A stretch of DNA of 64,000 nt from Comamonadaceae bacterium (GCA_947443645.1 CANEXF010000004.1:18642-82641), one strand, 5' to 3'. Shown: positions 38,101 through 49,531, numbered from the stretch's first letter. Notes: generated by a model from the sequence alone, not told the origin. Numbers and translations are program-made.

Positions 38101-38340
38101 GTGCTGGGCGCGATTCCTCTGGCCTTTGCGCACGGCGCTGGCGCTGAGAGCCGCACCCAGATCGGCTGGGTGATCGTGGGCGGCATGTCGCTAGGAACTT
38201 TGCTCACGGTATTTGTCGTGCCCACCATGTACACCCTGTTCGCCCGCAAGGCGATTCCCGGCGCCAACAACGCCGTGGCCAAAGAGCATGCGGATCACCA
38301 TGGCGAGCACCCGGTGCAGCCGGAATACGTGGCGAAATAG
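35167..38340 (+). CDS. RND family multidrug efflux permease (AcrB/MdtB/MdtC-like)
   Basis: 1057 aa with N-terminus MQLAEISIRRPVFATVLSLL and 12-TM AcrB architecture. Confidence 0.95.
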   Translation: MQLAEISIRRPVFATVLSLLVLLVGAVSFTKLSVREYPKIDEPVVTVSVKYAGASAEVMESQVSKPLEDSIAGIDAVDVITSISRAEQTQITVRFRLEKDADTAAAEVRDRTSRVRNRLPQAVEEPVIAKVEADAFPVIWLSFNSETLNPLEINDLVNRIVKPRLQTVTGAADVRIFGERKYAMRVWLDPDKLAAYKLTTQDAEDAIRRSNLEVPAGRIESTQREFSVTSQTDLSRPSQFSDIIIKNANGFPVRIRDVGRVEEAAADERSGSRLNGRSSITAGVIRQATANPLELSNGVRAMIPKLRADLPPSVQIDIANDNSVFIAKSIDSVFRTIIEAIVLVALVIFVFLRTLRASIIPIITIPVCLIGTFALMALAGFSINTLTLLALVLAIGLVVDDAIVVLENIYRHIEEGLDPFSASIKGAREVSFAVIAMTITLAAVYAPLAFTPGRTGRLFIEFALALAGAVVVSGFIALTLSPMMCSLLLKHNPTPSWFDRTMEKLLTRLTSRYQAMLTWLVSTGYDRQHQQRGFVNAVKRVVLNTRWIVVAVMFVCALALAWVLPSMKRELSPLEDRGQVLAVVTAPDGATLGYTDRYVDAIEKLGAPYKEFDRIFVSSGNPTVSQANVFFRAVDWDKRTRSTLEMARELQPKLAGLPGVTAFPITPPSLGQGFRERPVNFVIVTTESYQNLAAVTRRFMEEIAKNPGIVSADIDLRLNKPELKIDVDRDKAADLGVPVDVVARAVETMLGGRQVTRYKREGEQFDVIVQTAATGRDTPDDIEKIFVRGRNDAMIPLASLVKVRESVAPRELNHFSQRRSVSITANLAADYSLGQALDFLDGTANKLLKPGYTTDLNGTSREFKNSQGSLIIVFGLSLLFIFLVLAAQFESFIDPLVIMLSVPLSMIGALLALKWSGGSLNVYSQIGLITLVGLITKHGILIVEFTNQLRAQGMEMVDALVKASAQRLRPILMTTGAMVLGAIPLAFAHGAGAESRTQIGWVIVGGMSLGTLLTVFVVPTMYTLFARKAIPGANNAVAKEHADHHGEHPVQPEYVAK

Positions 38341-38479
38341 GCAGGCCCCATACCGCGCGACCAGGGGCCCAGGGAAATCAGCCCTTTGGTGGGCCATCCT
38401 TAGCCAAGCTCAGGACGAACGGAATCTAGGCTAGGCAAGGGTGGGGATGTGTTCCCATTCAAGCATGGGCCGCGGGACT

Positions 38480-38640
38480 GGCTTTGCCAGACCGCAGGCG
38501 CAACGGCCCCCTCGGGGGGCAGGGCGCTACGCGCAGCGAGCAAGCGTGGGGGCCACGTCCCTCCGACAGGCCGCCCTTAGGCGGGACAGCCCCCTCGGGG
38601 GGCAGAGAGCCACACACAGTGGGCGAGCGTGGGGGTCAGC
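38480..38640. repeat. GC-rich composite REP-like elements (L hairpin, R unit, S hairpin, R unit) abutting the moeA stop codon
   Basis: Two R units (cccctcggggggcag...gcgtggggg) are separated by the hairpin gtccctccgacaggccgcccttaggcgggac. These are related to 4566-4642 and 40677-40985. Confidence 0.85.
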
Positions 38641-39986
38641 TATATCACCCCATCAAACATCAGCACATCGACTTCTTCGCCTATCGCCACATTGCCCTGG
38701 TTGTGATGCAAGACCATCAGGCCGTTGGCCTGGGCCATGGAGCTCAGCACGCCCGAGCCCTGGTTGCCTGTGGTTCTGACCTGCAGCGAGCCGTCGGCTG
38801 CGCTGCTGACGGTGCCGCGCTGGTATTCGGTGCGACCAGGCTTTTTGCGAATCGGCTCCAGGCTGCGCGCCTTGAGCATGGGCGGAGCGCTGGCGCTGGC
38901 GCCCATCATCTGCAGCAGGGCTGGACGCACAAAAGCCAGAAAGGTCACCATCACGGCCACCGGATTGCCTGGCAAGCCAAACAAGATGGTGCCGTTGTTT
39001 TTGCTATTTATTTCATAGCATTTAGCGCCCGCTGCTTGTTCGCGGGAGGCTGATTTGATGCTTGATTCTGGCGCTGGCAAACGTCCCACAGCCATGGGTC
39101 GGCCGGGTCGCATGGCGATGCGCCAGAAGGCGACGTCGCCCAGCTTTTTCATCATCGCCTTGGTATGGTCGGCTTCTCCGACGCTGACCCCACCTGAGGT
39201 GATGATGACGTCCGCCTGGCTGGCGGCGCGGGTGAACGCGGCTTCCAGCAGGGCAGGGTCGTCGCGCACCACACCCATGTCAATCATGTCGCAACCCATG
39301 CGCTTGAGCAGGCCAAAGACGGTGTAGCGGTTGCTGTCGTAAACCGCGCCTTCACGGGGTGCCTCGCCCAGCGACAGGATTTCGTCGCCGGTAGAAAAAT
39401 AAGCCACCCGGAGCGGGCGTACGCAGGTCACGGTTTCAAGGCCCAAAGAGGCTGCCAGACCAAGCCTGGCGGGCGAGAGCAGCTCGCCTTTTAATAGCGC
39501 CGGCTTGCCTTGCATGAGGTCTTCGCCGCGTAGCCGGCGGTTGTCGCCTGCCGTCAGCAGCTTGGCCGGAATGGTGATGCGGTCGGCGTCAACCTGCACA
39601 AACTCTTGCGGCACCACGGTGTCCAGCCCGGCCGGCATGATGGCGCCGGTCATGATCTTCACACACTGACCGGCCGACACCGTACCCTGCCAGGCCTTGC
39701 CCGCCAGCGCCGTGCCCAGCACGCGCAGGCTGGTGCTGGTGCCGGCGGCCAGCTCGGAGCCGGCAAAGGCATAGCCGTCCATGGCGGAGTTGTCATGCGG
39801 CGGCACATCGAAAGGTGAGATCACGTCGGCCGCCAGGACTCGGCCAAAGGCTTCAAACAGCGGCAATTCAAGGGTTTGCTGCACCGGGCTCACCAGCTTG
39901 CCTAAAAACGACAGCACATCTGCGGCGCTCATGGCCTGCGGGTCGTAGCCCTGCAGTTCGGCGGCAATTTGGTCCAGCGTCTTCAC
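38640..39986 (-). CDS. moeA: Molybdopterin molybdotransferase MoeA
   Basis: Four-domain MoeA layout with the FGLPGNP motif. It contains an extra AT-rich segment of about 30 aa before that motif. Confidence 0.92.
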   Translation of the reverse strand: MKTLDQIAAELQGYDPQAMSAADVLSFLGKLVSPVQQTLELPLFEAFGRVLAADVISPFDVPPHDNSAMDGYAFAGSELAAGTSTSLRVLGTALAGKAWQGTVSAGQCVKIMTGAIMPAGLDTVVPQEFVQVDADRITIPAKLLTAGDNRRLRGEDLMQGKPALLKGELLSPARLGLAASLGLETVTCVRPLRVAYFSTGDEILSLGEAPREGAVYDSNRYTVFGLLKRMGCDMIDMGVVRDDPALLEAAFTRAASQADVIITSGGVSVGEADHTKAMMKKLGDVAFWRIAMRPGRPMAVGRLPAPESSIKSASREQAAGAKCYEINSKNNGTILFGLPGNPVAVMVTFLAFVRPALLQMMGASASAPPMLKARSLEPIRKKPGRTEYQRGTVSSAADGSLQVRTTGNQGSGVLSSMAQANGLMVLHHNQGNVAIGEEVDVLMFDGVI

Positions 39987-40642
39987 GGCAGGCGCGATTC
40001 GAGCTGATGCAGTTCGGCCAGCGTGTTGGCGTTGAAAAACCCACGGGCATCGTCGCCGGCGCGGTCAAAGGGTACGACGACGGTTTTGTGCTGCGCGGTC
40101 CAGGCGTCGATCTTGCGGCCGCCTTCTTTGGTGAACCGAATCAGGCTTTCAAGCATGCCGCAGCGCATCAGGCAAAAGACCGGCTGCGGTCTGAGCTGGC
40201 CGTCTTCTTCAGGCGCTGCAGCAACTGCGAAGTCGGCATCGGCCTGGGCAAAAGCCTGCGCCATACGCGCCACCAGGTCGTGCGGGAACAGCGGGGTGTC
40301 GCAAGGCACCGTTAGCAGATAGGGCGTTTCGCAACGCTCGAGCCCGGTCATGAAGCCCGCCAGCGGGCCGGCGAATTCACCCAGCGATGTGCTGTCCGGC
40401 CAGACCGGCACGCCAAATGACTCGTAGGCCGACAGGTTACGGTTGGCATTGATCATGATGTCGCCGACCTGCGGGCTCAGCCTGAGCAGGGTGTGCAGGG
40501 CCAGCGGAACGCCGTTGAAATTCTGCATACCTTTGTCGGCACCGCCCATGCGCGAACCCCGGCCGCCAGCCAGAATCACGCCGGTGATGGCTTTGGCATG
40601 CAGCGGCTCAAAAATCTCGGTATTCGGCAAAGTAGTCTCCAT
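39983..40642 (-). CDS. mobA: Molybdenum cofactor guanylyltransferase MobA
   Basis: [18 protein letters not shown] signature. Its stop overlaps the moeA start. Confidence 0.9.
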   Translation of the reverse strand: METTLPNTEIFEPLHAKAITGVILAGGRGSRMGGADKGMQNFNGVPLALHTLLRLSPQVGDIMINANRNLSAYESFGVPVWPDSTSLGEFAGPLAGFMTGLERCETPYLLTVPCDTPLFPHDLVARMAQAFAQADADFAVAAAPEEDGQLRPQPVFCLMRCGMLESLIRFTKEGGRKIDAWTAQHKTVVVPFDRAGDDARGFFNANTLAELHQLESRLP

Positions 40643-40676
40643 TCAATCTGTAAATTTTCGGCATATCGGCCAGAGT

Positions 40677-40985
40677 AAGTTCAGCCCCCTCGGGGGGCAG
40701 CGCAGTACGCGAAGCGACAAGCGTGGGGGCCATCGAACGCGGCGAAGGGCCGCCCCGAGCAAGTTCAGCCCCCTCGGGGGGCGGCGCAGTACGCGAAGCG
40801 ACAAGCGTAGGGGCCAGCGAATGCAGCGAAGGGCCGCCCCGAGCAAGTTCAGCCCCCTCGGGGGGCAGCGCAGTACGCGAAGCGACAAGCGTGGGGGCCA
40901 GCGTCCCGCCGACAGGCCGCCCTTAGGCGGGACAGCCCCCTCGGGGGGCAGCGCAGTACGCGAAGCGACAAGCGTGGGGGCCATC
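40677..40985. repeat. Tandem array of four GC-rich R units (period 83-84 bp) between moaA and mobA
   Basis: Units start at 40683, 40767, 40851 and 40934 and are almost identical (agccccctcggggggcagcgcagtacgcgaagcgacaagcgtgggggcc). Linkers 1 and 2 resemble each other. Linker 3 is the S hairpin also seen at 38556. Confidence 0.9.
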
Positions 40986-40986
40986 C

Positions 40987-42111
40987 TCACCCGCCGATGT
41001 AGCTCATTTCAACGCGCTTTTGACTATCGCCCAAAGGGCTGGTGTCTGCCGGCAGTGCGGCGCGAAGTTCGGAATACCGGTCGCTGCGCGCCTGCCAGAT
41101 GTGGCCTATCGCGGCTGTGATTTGTTCGTCGGCATAGTTGCCGCGCAGCAGCGTGCGCAAATCATGGCCCTGACTCGCAAACAGGCATAAAAACAGCTTG
41201 CCTTCTGTCGACAGCCTGGCCCGGTTGCAATCGCTGCAAAACGCCTGGGTCACGCTGCTGATCACGCCAATCTCGCCTGCGCCGTCCGCATAACGCCAGC
41301 GCTGCGCGGTTTCACCGCTGTAGTTCGCGTCTATGGCGCTGAGCTCGAACGCCTGGCTGATGCGTTCCACAACTTGCTGCGAGGGCAGCACCTCGTCCAT
41401 GCGCCAGCCGTTGGTGGCGCCCACGTCCATGTATTCAATGAAACGCAGCACCACGCCTGTGTTTCGGAAATAACTGGCCATGGGCAGTATTTCGGCGTCG
41501 TTGGTGCCGCGCTTGACCACCATGTTGATCTTGATTGGTGCCAAACCCACTTTTTGCGCGACCTCTATGCCGCGCAGTACATCGGCCACCGGAAAATTCA
41601 CATCGTTCATGCGGCGAAAAACCGCATCGTCCAGCCCGTCCAGGCTCACCGTGACGCGTTGCAGGCCGGCGTCCTTTAGCGATTGGGCTTTTTTGGCAAG
41701 CAAGGAAGCGTTGGTCGTCAGCGTGATGTCCAGGGGCTTGCCCGAGGGGGTTTGCAGCCGCGCGAGCATTTCAATCAGCACTTCAAGGTTTTTGCGCAGC
41801 AGTGGCTCGCCGCCAGTGAGCCGTATTTTCTCAACGCCCTGAGCCACAAACAGGCGTGCCAGACGCGTGATTTCCTCAAAACTCAGCAGCGAGCTTTGCG
41901 GCAAAAACGCGTAGTCCTTGTTGAACACTTCGCTGGGCATGCAGTAGCTGCAACGAAAGTTGCAGCGATCGGTCACGCTGATGCGCAGATCCCGCAGCGG
42001 CCTTGCCAGCGTGTCACTGAGCAGGCCGGTGACGGGCTGAAACTGGGCGGGTATGTGCGGCATGCGGCTTGCGTAGCGCAGGTCTGCGAGGGGAATTACT
42101 TTTACGGTCAT
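40987..42111 (-). CDS. moaA: GTP 3',8-cyclase MoaA (radical SAM)
   Basis: [10 protein letters not shown] radical SAM motif and the C-terminal second-cluster cysteines CSDCNRARL. Confidence 0.95.
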   Translation of the reverse strand: MTVKVIPLADLRYASRMPHIPAQFQPVTGLLSDTLARPLRDLRISVTDRCNFRCSYCMPSEVFNKDYAFLPQSSLLSFEEITRLARLFVAQGVEKIRLTGGEPLLRKNLEVLIEMLARLQTPSGKPLDITLTTNASLLAKKAQSLKDAGLQRVTVSLDGLDDAVFRRMNDVNFPVADVLRGIEVAQKVGLAPIKINMVVKRGTNDAEILPMASYFRNTGVVLRFIEYMDVGATNGWRMDEVLPSQQVVERISQAFELSAIDANYSGETAQRWRYADGAGEIGVISSVTQAFCSDCNRARLSTEGKLFLCLFASQGHDLRTLLRGNYADEQITAAIGHIWQARSDRYSELRAALPADTSPLGDSQKRVEMSYIGG

Positions 42112-42251
42112 GGTATTGGGCTTGAGGCAGAGAATTTAACCTATTGCCGCTGCCGTTTGGTGATTGGCCGGCCTTGCCCCCAAAGGTCGATCGGAATGCC
42201 GCCGGCTCGCTCTGGCTCAGGCCGACCGAAAATCGGTCTGGCCCCCTATTT

Positions 42252-42824
42252 TCAGCGGCCCACCACCGCCGGGCCTATGTCCTGCAGTGGCCCGAGCGGA
42301 TTGCGGCTGTCCTCGGCCTCGAAGACCGCAGGCTGTCCGCCCCACGAGCGGTAGACCACGACGCCATCGACCATCAGCAGCAAGGCGTTGAAGCGCCAGC
42401 CCGTGCTGACCGTATGGCGTCTGAAATTAAAAAAATCCGACCAGAAGCCGCCGGTTCGGACCTTGGAAATACGTGCCACATTGATTTCCCAGCCTCGGCA
42501 GGCGTCACGGGCATTCAGGCAGGTCACTATGCCCGGCTCAAGATCGGCCTTGGACAGCACATTGCCGGGCGCAAAGCGCCTGACAATGTCCGGGTAGGAC
42601 AGGATCAGCGTGTTGGGTTGCTTCACCGGATCAATGCCCAGGCTGGAGAGCGTTTCCAGATCACTCTTCATGGGAACCAGGCCTTCTATGGCCTGGCGTG
42701 CATCGTCGAAGCTCTGGAATGTCGGCGACTCGTTGCGTGATTTGGGTAGCAGCGATGAACAGGCGCTGGCCATCAGCGCCAGCGCGAGAAAAACACCCCA
42801 ACGGACATATCGACTGGTAGGCAT
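42252..42824 (-). CDS. Lipoprotein of unknown function
   Basis: Lipobox LMASAC after a hydrophobic N-terminus. I recognise no domain. The start is taken at Met 42824. Confidence 0.65.
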   Translation of the reverse strand: MPTSRYVRWGVFLALALMASACSSLLPKSRNESPTFQSFDDARQAIEGLVPMKSDLETLSSLGIDPVKQPNTLILSYPDIVRRFAPGNVLSKADLEPGIVTCLNARDACRGWEINVARISKVRTGGFWSDFFNFRRHTVSTGWRFNALLLMVDGVVVYRSWGGQPAVFEAEDSRNPLGPLQDIGPAVVGR

Positions 42825-42925
42825 TGCCGGTCTCCCCCATCCTTGTGAATACCGTATTGACACTAACACGGGCGGGGTAATTGCGCAAATTTGGGCGCAG
42901 AGGACATGCATCCCCGAGCTTTATG

Positions 42926-42953
42926 AAAAATGAAAAAGCCCGCCTGAGCGAGC
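42926..42953 (-). terminator. Intrinsic terminator of hppA
   Basis: The minus strand reads gctcgc-tcag-gcgggc followed by tttttcattttt. Confidence 0.7.
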
Positions 42954-43004
42954 TTTGTGGTGCCGGCTTGCGCGACATTCATCACGCAAGCCGCAAGCCT
43001 TGAA

Positions 43005-45074
43005 TCAGCCGCCGTGCAGCTTCATCATCAGCGGCACGATCAGCAGCGCCACGATGTTGATGATCTTGATCAGCGGGTTGATGGCCGGGCCGGCCGTGTC
43101 CTTGTAGGGGTCGCCCACGGTGTCGCCGGTGACAGCGGCTTTGTGCGCTTCCGAGCCTTTACCGCCGTGGTGGCCGTCCTCAATATATTTTTTGGCGTTG
43201 TCCCAGGCGCCGCCACCGGTACACATGGAGATCGCAACGAAGAGCCCGGTGACGATGGTGCCCATGAGCAGGCCGCCCAGCGCCTTGGGGCCGAGCAGCA
43301 GGCCGACCAGGATAGGCACGACCACCGGCAGCAGGGAAGGAACAATCATCTCCTTGATGGCAGCGGTGGTCAGCATGTCAACTGCGCGGCCATATTCCGG
43401 TTTGGCCGTGCCTTCCATGATGCCCTTGATTTCAGCGAACTGGCGACGCACTTCGACCACCACCGCGCCGGCTGCGCGGCCGACCGCTTCCATGGCCATG
43501 GCACCGAACAAGTAGGGGATCAGGCCGCCTATGAAGAGGCCGACGATGACCATGGGGTCGCTCAGGTCAAAGCTGATGGCCCGGCCATAGCTCTCCAGCT
43601 TGTGGGTGTAGTCGGCAAACAGCACCAGCGCGGCCAGTCCGGCCGAGCCAATCGCGTAGCCCTTGGTCACGGCTTTGGTGGTGTTGCCCACTGCGTCCAA
43701 CGGATCGGTCACTGCGCGCACTTCGGGCGGCATGTCGGCCATCTCGGCAATGCCACCGGCGTTGTCGGTGATGGGGCCATAGGCGTCCAGCGCCACCACA
43801 ATGCCGGCCATGCTCAGCATGGCGGTGGCGGCAATCGCGATGCCAAACAGTCCGGCGAGCTTATAGGAGACCAAAATCGCGATACAGACAAACATCACTG
43901 GCCAGGCTGTGGAGCGCATGGACACGCCCAGGCCGGCAATGATGTTGGTGCCGTGGCCAGTTGTGGAGGCCTGCGCAATGTGCCTGACGGGAGCGTATTG
44001 CGTGCCGGTGTAGTACTCGGTCACCCAGACCAGTGCCGCGGTCAGCACCAGGCCGACGGCGCAGGCGCCGAAGAGTTTCATCTGGCTACCAGTGGCCGTG
44101 ATGGCGTTGTCGGGAATAAGCCACATGGTGACGAAGTAAAACGCGATCAAGGAAAGCACCCCGGCAATGGCCAGTCCTTTGTACAGGGCCGGCATGACGT
44201 TCTTCATGCCGGGCGAGGCCTTGACGAAGAAGCAGCCAATGATGGACGCCACGATGGACACAGCGCCAAGTGCCAGCGGGTACAGCACGGCATTGACGGG
44301 CGCTGAGCTCACCAGCAGTGCGCCCAGCACCATGGTGGCGATCAGCGTGACCGCGTAGGTTTCAAAGAGGTCAGCCGCCATGCCGGCGCAGTCGCCGACG
44401 TTGTCACCAACGTTGTCGGCGATCACGGCCGGGTTGCGCGGGTCGTCCTCCGGAATGCCGGCCTCGACTTTGCCCACCAGGTCGGCACCGACGTCAGCAC
44501 CCTTGGTGAAAATGCCTCCGCCCAGACGCGCGAAGATTGAAATCAGCGACGAGCCAAAGGCGAAACCTATCAGTGGATTGAGCAGGGTGGCCAGCTTCAT
44601 GTCTGGCGTGTAGTTGCCGTTGCCAACTAAAAACCAGTAAAACCCCGTCACGCCCAGCAGGCCCAGACCGACCACCAGCATGCCGGTGATGGCGCCGCCG
44701 CGAAAGGCCACATCAAGTGCCGGGCCTATGCCGCGGGTGGCGGCCTGCGCCGTTCGCACATTGGCGCGCACAGACACGTTCATGCCGATGAAGCCGCAGG
44801 CGCCGGACAGCAGGGCGCCAACGACAAAGCCAATTGCCGTTTTTCCGTCCAGAAAAAAGCCTATCAGCACGGCCAGAATCACACCGACGATGGCGATGGT
44901 CTTGTACTGCCTGGCGAGATAGGCGGCTGCGCCTAGTTGTATCGCGGATGCAATTTCCTGCATGCGCGCGTTGCCCGCGTCCTGAGAAAGAATCCAGCTG
45001 CGTGCCCAAATGCCGTAAGCCACGGCAATGAGTCCACACGCGAGCGCAAGAATCAGCGCTGAGTTGCCTGTCAT
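43005..45074 (-). CDS. hppA: Membrane-bound H+-translocating pyrophosphatase
   Basis: 689 aa with about 16 TM helices and the [19 protein letters not shown] signature. Confidence 0.95.
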   Translation of the reverse strand: MTGNSALILALACGLIAVAYGIWARSWILSQDAGNARMQEIASAIQLGAAAYLARQYKTIAIVGVILAVLIGFFLDGKTAIGFVVGALLSGACGFIGMNVSVRANVRTAQAATRGIGPALDVAFRGGAITGMLVVGLGLLGVTGFYWFLVGNGNYTPDMKLATLLNPLIGFAFGSSLISIFARLGGGIFTKGADVGADLVGKVEAGIPEDDPRNPAVIADNVGDNVGDCAGMAADLFETYAVTLIATMVLGALLVSSAPVNAVLYPLALGAVSIVASIIGCFFVKASPGMKNVMPALYKGLAIAGVLSLIAFYFVTMWLIPDNAITATGSQMKLFGACAVGLVLTAALVWVTEYYTGTQYAPVRHIAQASTTGHGTNIIAGLGVSMRSTAWPVMFVCIAILVSYKLAGLFGIAIAATAMLSMAGIVVALDAYGPITDNAGGIAEMADMPPEVRAVTDPLDAVGNTTKAVTKGYAIGSAGLAALVLFADYTHKLESYGRAISFDLSDPMVIVGLFIGGLIPYLFGAMAMEAVGRAAGAVVVEVRRQFAEIKGIMEGTAKPEYGRAVDMLTTAAIKEMIVPSLLPVVVPILVGLLLGPKALGGLLMGTIVTGLFVAISMCTGGGAWDNAKKYIEDGHHGGKGSEAHKAAVTGDTVGDPYKDTAGPAINPLIKIINIVALLIVPLMMKLHGG

Positions 45075-45384
45075 AGAAATCTCCTAGCTTGTTTTTCGCT
45101 TGGAGGGAGCGCCACGCTAGCGATGCTCCCGCTGCGTTGCTTCCTCGTGGCGTCCAGCAGGAGCTGAAGACGATTGGCCAACTCGCGAAATTTAACGCCA
45201 AAACAGGGCAAGTTGGCGAGCCGTAAGGTGTGAATCAGTAAAATGAGGGTAAATCCTGAGTCATGAGCTCTCGATGAGCGCTGAATCGCAGCGACAGCTC
45301 GCCCATGTGGGGCCTTCCAATGCCTTGCAGATGGGCTGTTATTTTGTATTTCCCCTCTTTCTTTCATCATCCAATAAGCCGACC

Positions 45385-45933
45385 ATGTCCTTAGATAAAG
45401 TTTTACCCGGAAAAAATGCCCCCGAGTCTTTCAACGTGATCATCGAAATCCCGATGAACGCCGATCCGGTGAAGTACGAAGTGGACAAGGAGTCCGGCGC
45501 GATCTTTGTCGACCGCTTCATGAGCACGTCCATGCACTATCCGACCAATTATGGCTATGTGCCCAAGACCATCAGTGGTGATGGCGATCCGGTCGATGTG
45601 CTGGTGATCACGCCCGTGCCGCTGATTCCTGGCGTTGTGGTGACGTGCCGCGCTATCGGCATTTTGAAAATGACCGACGAAGCAGGCGAAGATGGCAAGG
45701 TGCTGGCCGTGCCTATCGACAAGAAGTGCTCGCTGTACACGCAGTGGCAAAAGCCTGAGGACATGAATCCGCTGCGCCTAAAAACCATTGCGCACTTTTT
45801 TGAGCACTACAAAGACCTGGAAGAAGGCAAGTGGGTCAAGGTTTCTGGCTGGGAAGGTCCGGATTCAGCGAAAAAGGAAATCACCGACGGCATGGCCAAT
45901 TACGCCGCCGCCAGCCAGGCCGATCAGGCCTGA
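45385..45933 (+). CDS. ppa: Soluble inorganic pyrophosphatase (family I)
   Basis: NVIIEIP...[11 protein letters not shown]...DGDPVDVLV motifs. The ORF in the track starts earlier, but ATG 45385 fits the family N-terminus. Confidence 0.93.
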   Translation: MSLDKVLPGKNAPESFNVIIEIPMNADPVKYEVDKESGAIFVDRFMSTSMHYPTNYGYVPKTISGDGDPVDVLVITPVPLIPGVVVTCRAIGILKMTDEAGEDGKVLAVPIDKKCSLYTQWQKPEDMNPLRLKTIAHFFEHYKDLEEGKWVKVSGWEGPDSAKKEITDGMANYAAASQADQA

Positions 45934-45954
45934 GGCTTGCCGGGCTGATCAGCG

Positions 45955-47238
45955 CTACAGGGCTTGTTTGAAGGGGCTGCGCCGCTCCAGATCGTCCATG
46001 TAGTTGTTGATGCCCGCGCCTTCGCGCTCCAGAAAGCGCTCCACCGCATCTGCAAACGCAGGGTGGGCCAACCAGTGGGCGCTGCTGGTTTTCACGGGTA
46101 GCAGGGCTCTGGCCATCTTGTGCTCGCCCTGCGCGCCGCCTTCAAAGCTCTGGTAGCCGTGTGCGATGCACCAGGCCAGCGGCTGGTAATAGCAGGCCTC
46201 AAAGTGCAGGCAGTCGACGCGGGCAAGTGCGCCCCAGTAGCGGCCGTAGGCCGTCAGTGCTTGTGATTTGTCATTAAATTCGCCTGCAGCGCTCTCTGGT
46301 CGTGCGCTGACAGCTATTAAACTTGTAGCAACTGGCTGGCACTCGCCGTCAGCGCCGTGCTCCGCCACAAACAGCAGCCAGTTCTCAGGCATGGTGTCCT
46401 GCATGCGCTGAAAGAAATCACGGCTCAGGTAAGGCGCGTTGCCGTGCTCGTAGTAGGTGCGCTCGTAGCACTGGTAGAAAAAGTCCCAGTCAGCGTCGCT
46501 GATGGCTTTACCCTGCGACCAGCGGAAAGTGATTCCGGCGTCCGCAACCTTGCGCCGCTCCTGGCGTATCTTCTTGCGCTTTTCCTGGCTCAGCGACATC
46601 AAAAATTCATCGAAGTCGCGAAAGGGGCGAGCTTGGCTTAGGTCAGACTCCCCCCATGAGGGCGAAGAGGACACGTCATTGCCGAGCTCAGGGGCGCTAT
46701 TAGTCCAGTGGAATTGCACCGTATGGCGCAGCAGCATCCCGGCTTCTTCGCAGGCTGCAATGTCCTCATCTGCGGCAAACAGCAGATGCAGCGACGAAAG
46801 CTTTTCTTCCTCGCACCAAGCGATCAGCGCCTTGACCAGTAGGCTGCGTTCCTGGGCGTTGCGCGCCAGCAGTCGCGCGCCTGGTACGGGTGTGAAGGGC
46901 ACGGCGACCAGCGCCTTGGGGTAGTAGGCCAGGCCGTGCTGCTGGTAGGCATTGGCCCAGGCGTGGTCAAACACATACTCGCCATAGGAGTGGTCCTTGA
47001 GGTAGAGCGCGCAGGCTCCGGCAAGATTTTGACCATCCCAGAGCGTGACAAACCGCGGCGTCCATCCGGTTTCGGGTGTGGCGCTGCCGCTTTGCTGCAT
47101 GGCGGCCAGATACTCGTGGCGCATGAAGGGGTTGAGGCTGGCGTCGCTGCTTTGCGCCGCCAGCAGCGTGTTCCAGTTGGTGGCTGAGATGTCCAGCGGC
47201 GAATTCAGTACGCGGATGACATAATCTTTTTTAGGCAC
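45955..47238 (-). CDS. FemAB-like/GNAT-fold acyltransferase family protein (DUF482-type)
   Basis: NPFMRHEYLAAMQQSG near the N-terminus and YGRYWG...LHFEACYYQ in the C-terminal half, both typical of this family. Confidence 0.75.
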   Translation of the reverse strand: MPKKDYVIRVLNSPLDISATNWNTLLAAQSSDASLNPFMRHEYLAAMQQSGSATPETGWTPRFVTLWDGQNLAGACALYLKDHSYGEYVFDHAWANAYQQHGLAYYPKALVAVPFTPVPGARLLARNAQERSLLVKALIAWCEEEKLSSLHLLFAADEDIAACEEAGMLLRHTVQFHWTNSAPELGNDVSSSPSWGESDLSQARPFRDFDEFLMSLSQEKRKKIRQERRKVADAGITFRWSQGKAISDADWDFFYQCYERTYYEHGNAPYLSRDFFQRMQDTMPENWLLFVAEHGADGECQPVATSLIAVSARPESAAGEFNDKSQALTAYGRYWGALARVDCLHFEACYYQPLAWCIAHGYQSFEGGAQGEHKMARALLPVKTSSAHWLAHPAFADAVERFLEREGAGINNYMDDLERRSPFKQAL

Positions 47239-47247
47239 ACAACCTCC

Positions 47248-47319
47248 CGTTCATCCGGAGCTTGTCCAGGGTTGGTGTGCGGTGTTTGACCAAGGCTTCG
47301 ACAGGCTCAGCCCGAACGG
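47248..47319. repeat. Imperfect inverted repeat of the cgacaggctca..cgaacgg family
   Basis: Arms cccgttcatccggagcttgtccagg and cttcgacaggctcagcccgaacgg. Related to 55691-55762. Confidence 0.65.
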
Positions 47320-47333
47320 TAATTTTCTTTTTC

Positions 47334-49459
<2,126 letters not shown>

Positions 49460-49531
49460 ATGGCCCCACGGACTGGCCAAGCCAGTCCCGCAGCCCCGGC
49501 TGGCGAAGATATCTTGCGCTAGGTGATCGCC

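Noticed and set aside
40677-40985. A CRISPR-like regular array: four repeats of about 50 nt with spacers of about 33 nt.
   Set aside because: The first two spacers are near-identical to each other. The third is a hairpin also found at 38556-38587. The repeat unit also occurs dispersed at 4590 and 38505. No cas genes are present, and the repeat is longer than typical CRISPR repeats.
40443-41120. ORFs that translate the GC-rich repeats into reiterated peptides such as PLGGQRSTRSDKRGG (also 38484-39053, 40643-40990 and 40723-40926).
   Set aside because: The periodicity comes from the DNA repeat itself. These ORFs overlap mobA, moaA or moeA, have no plausible translation signals, and the same repeat reads in different frames at different loci.
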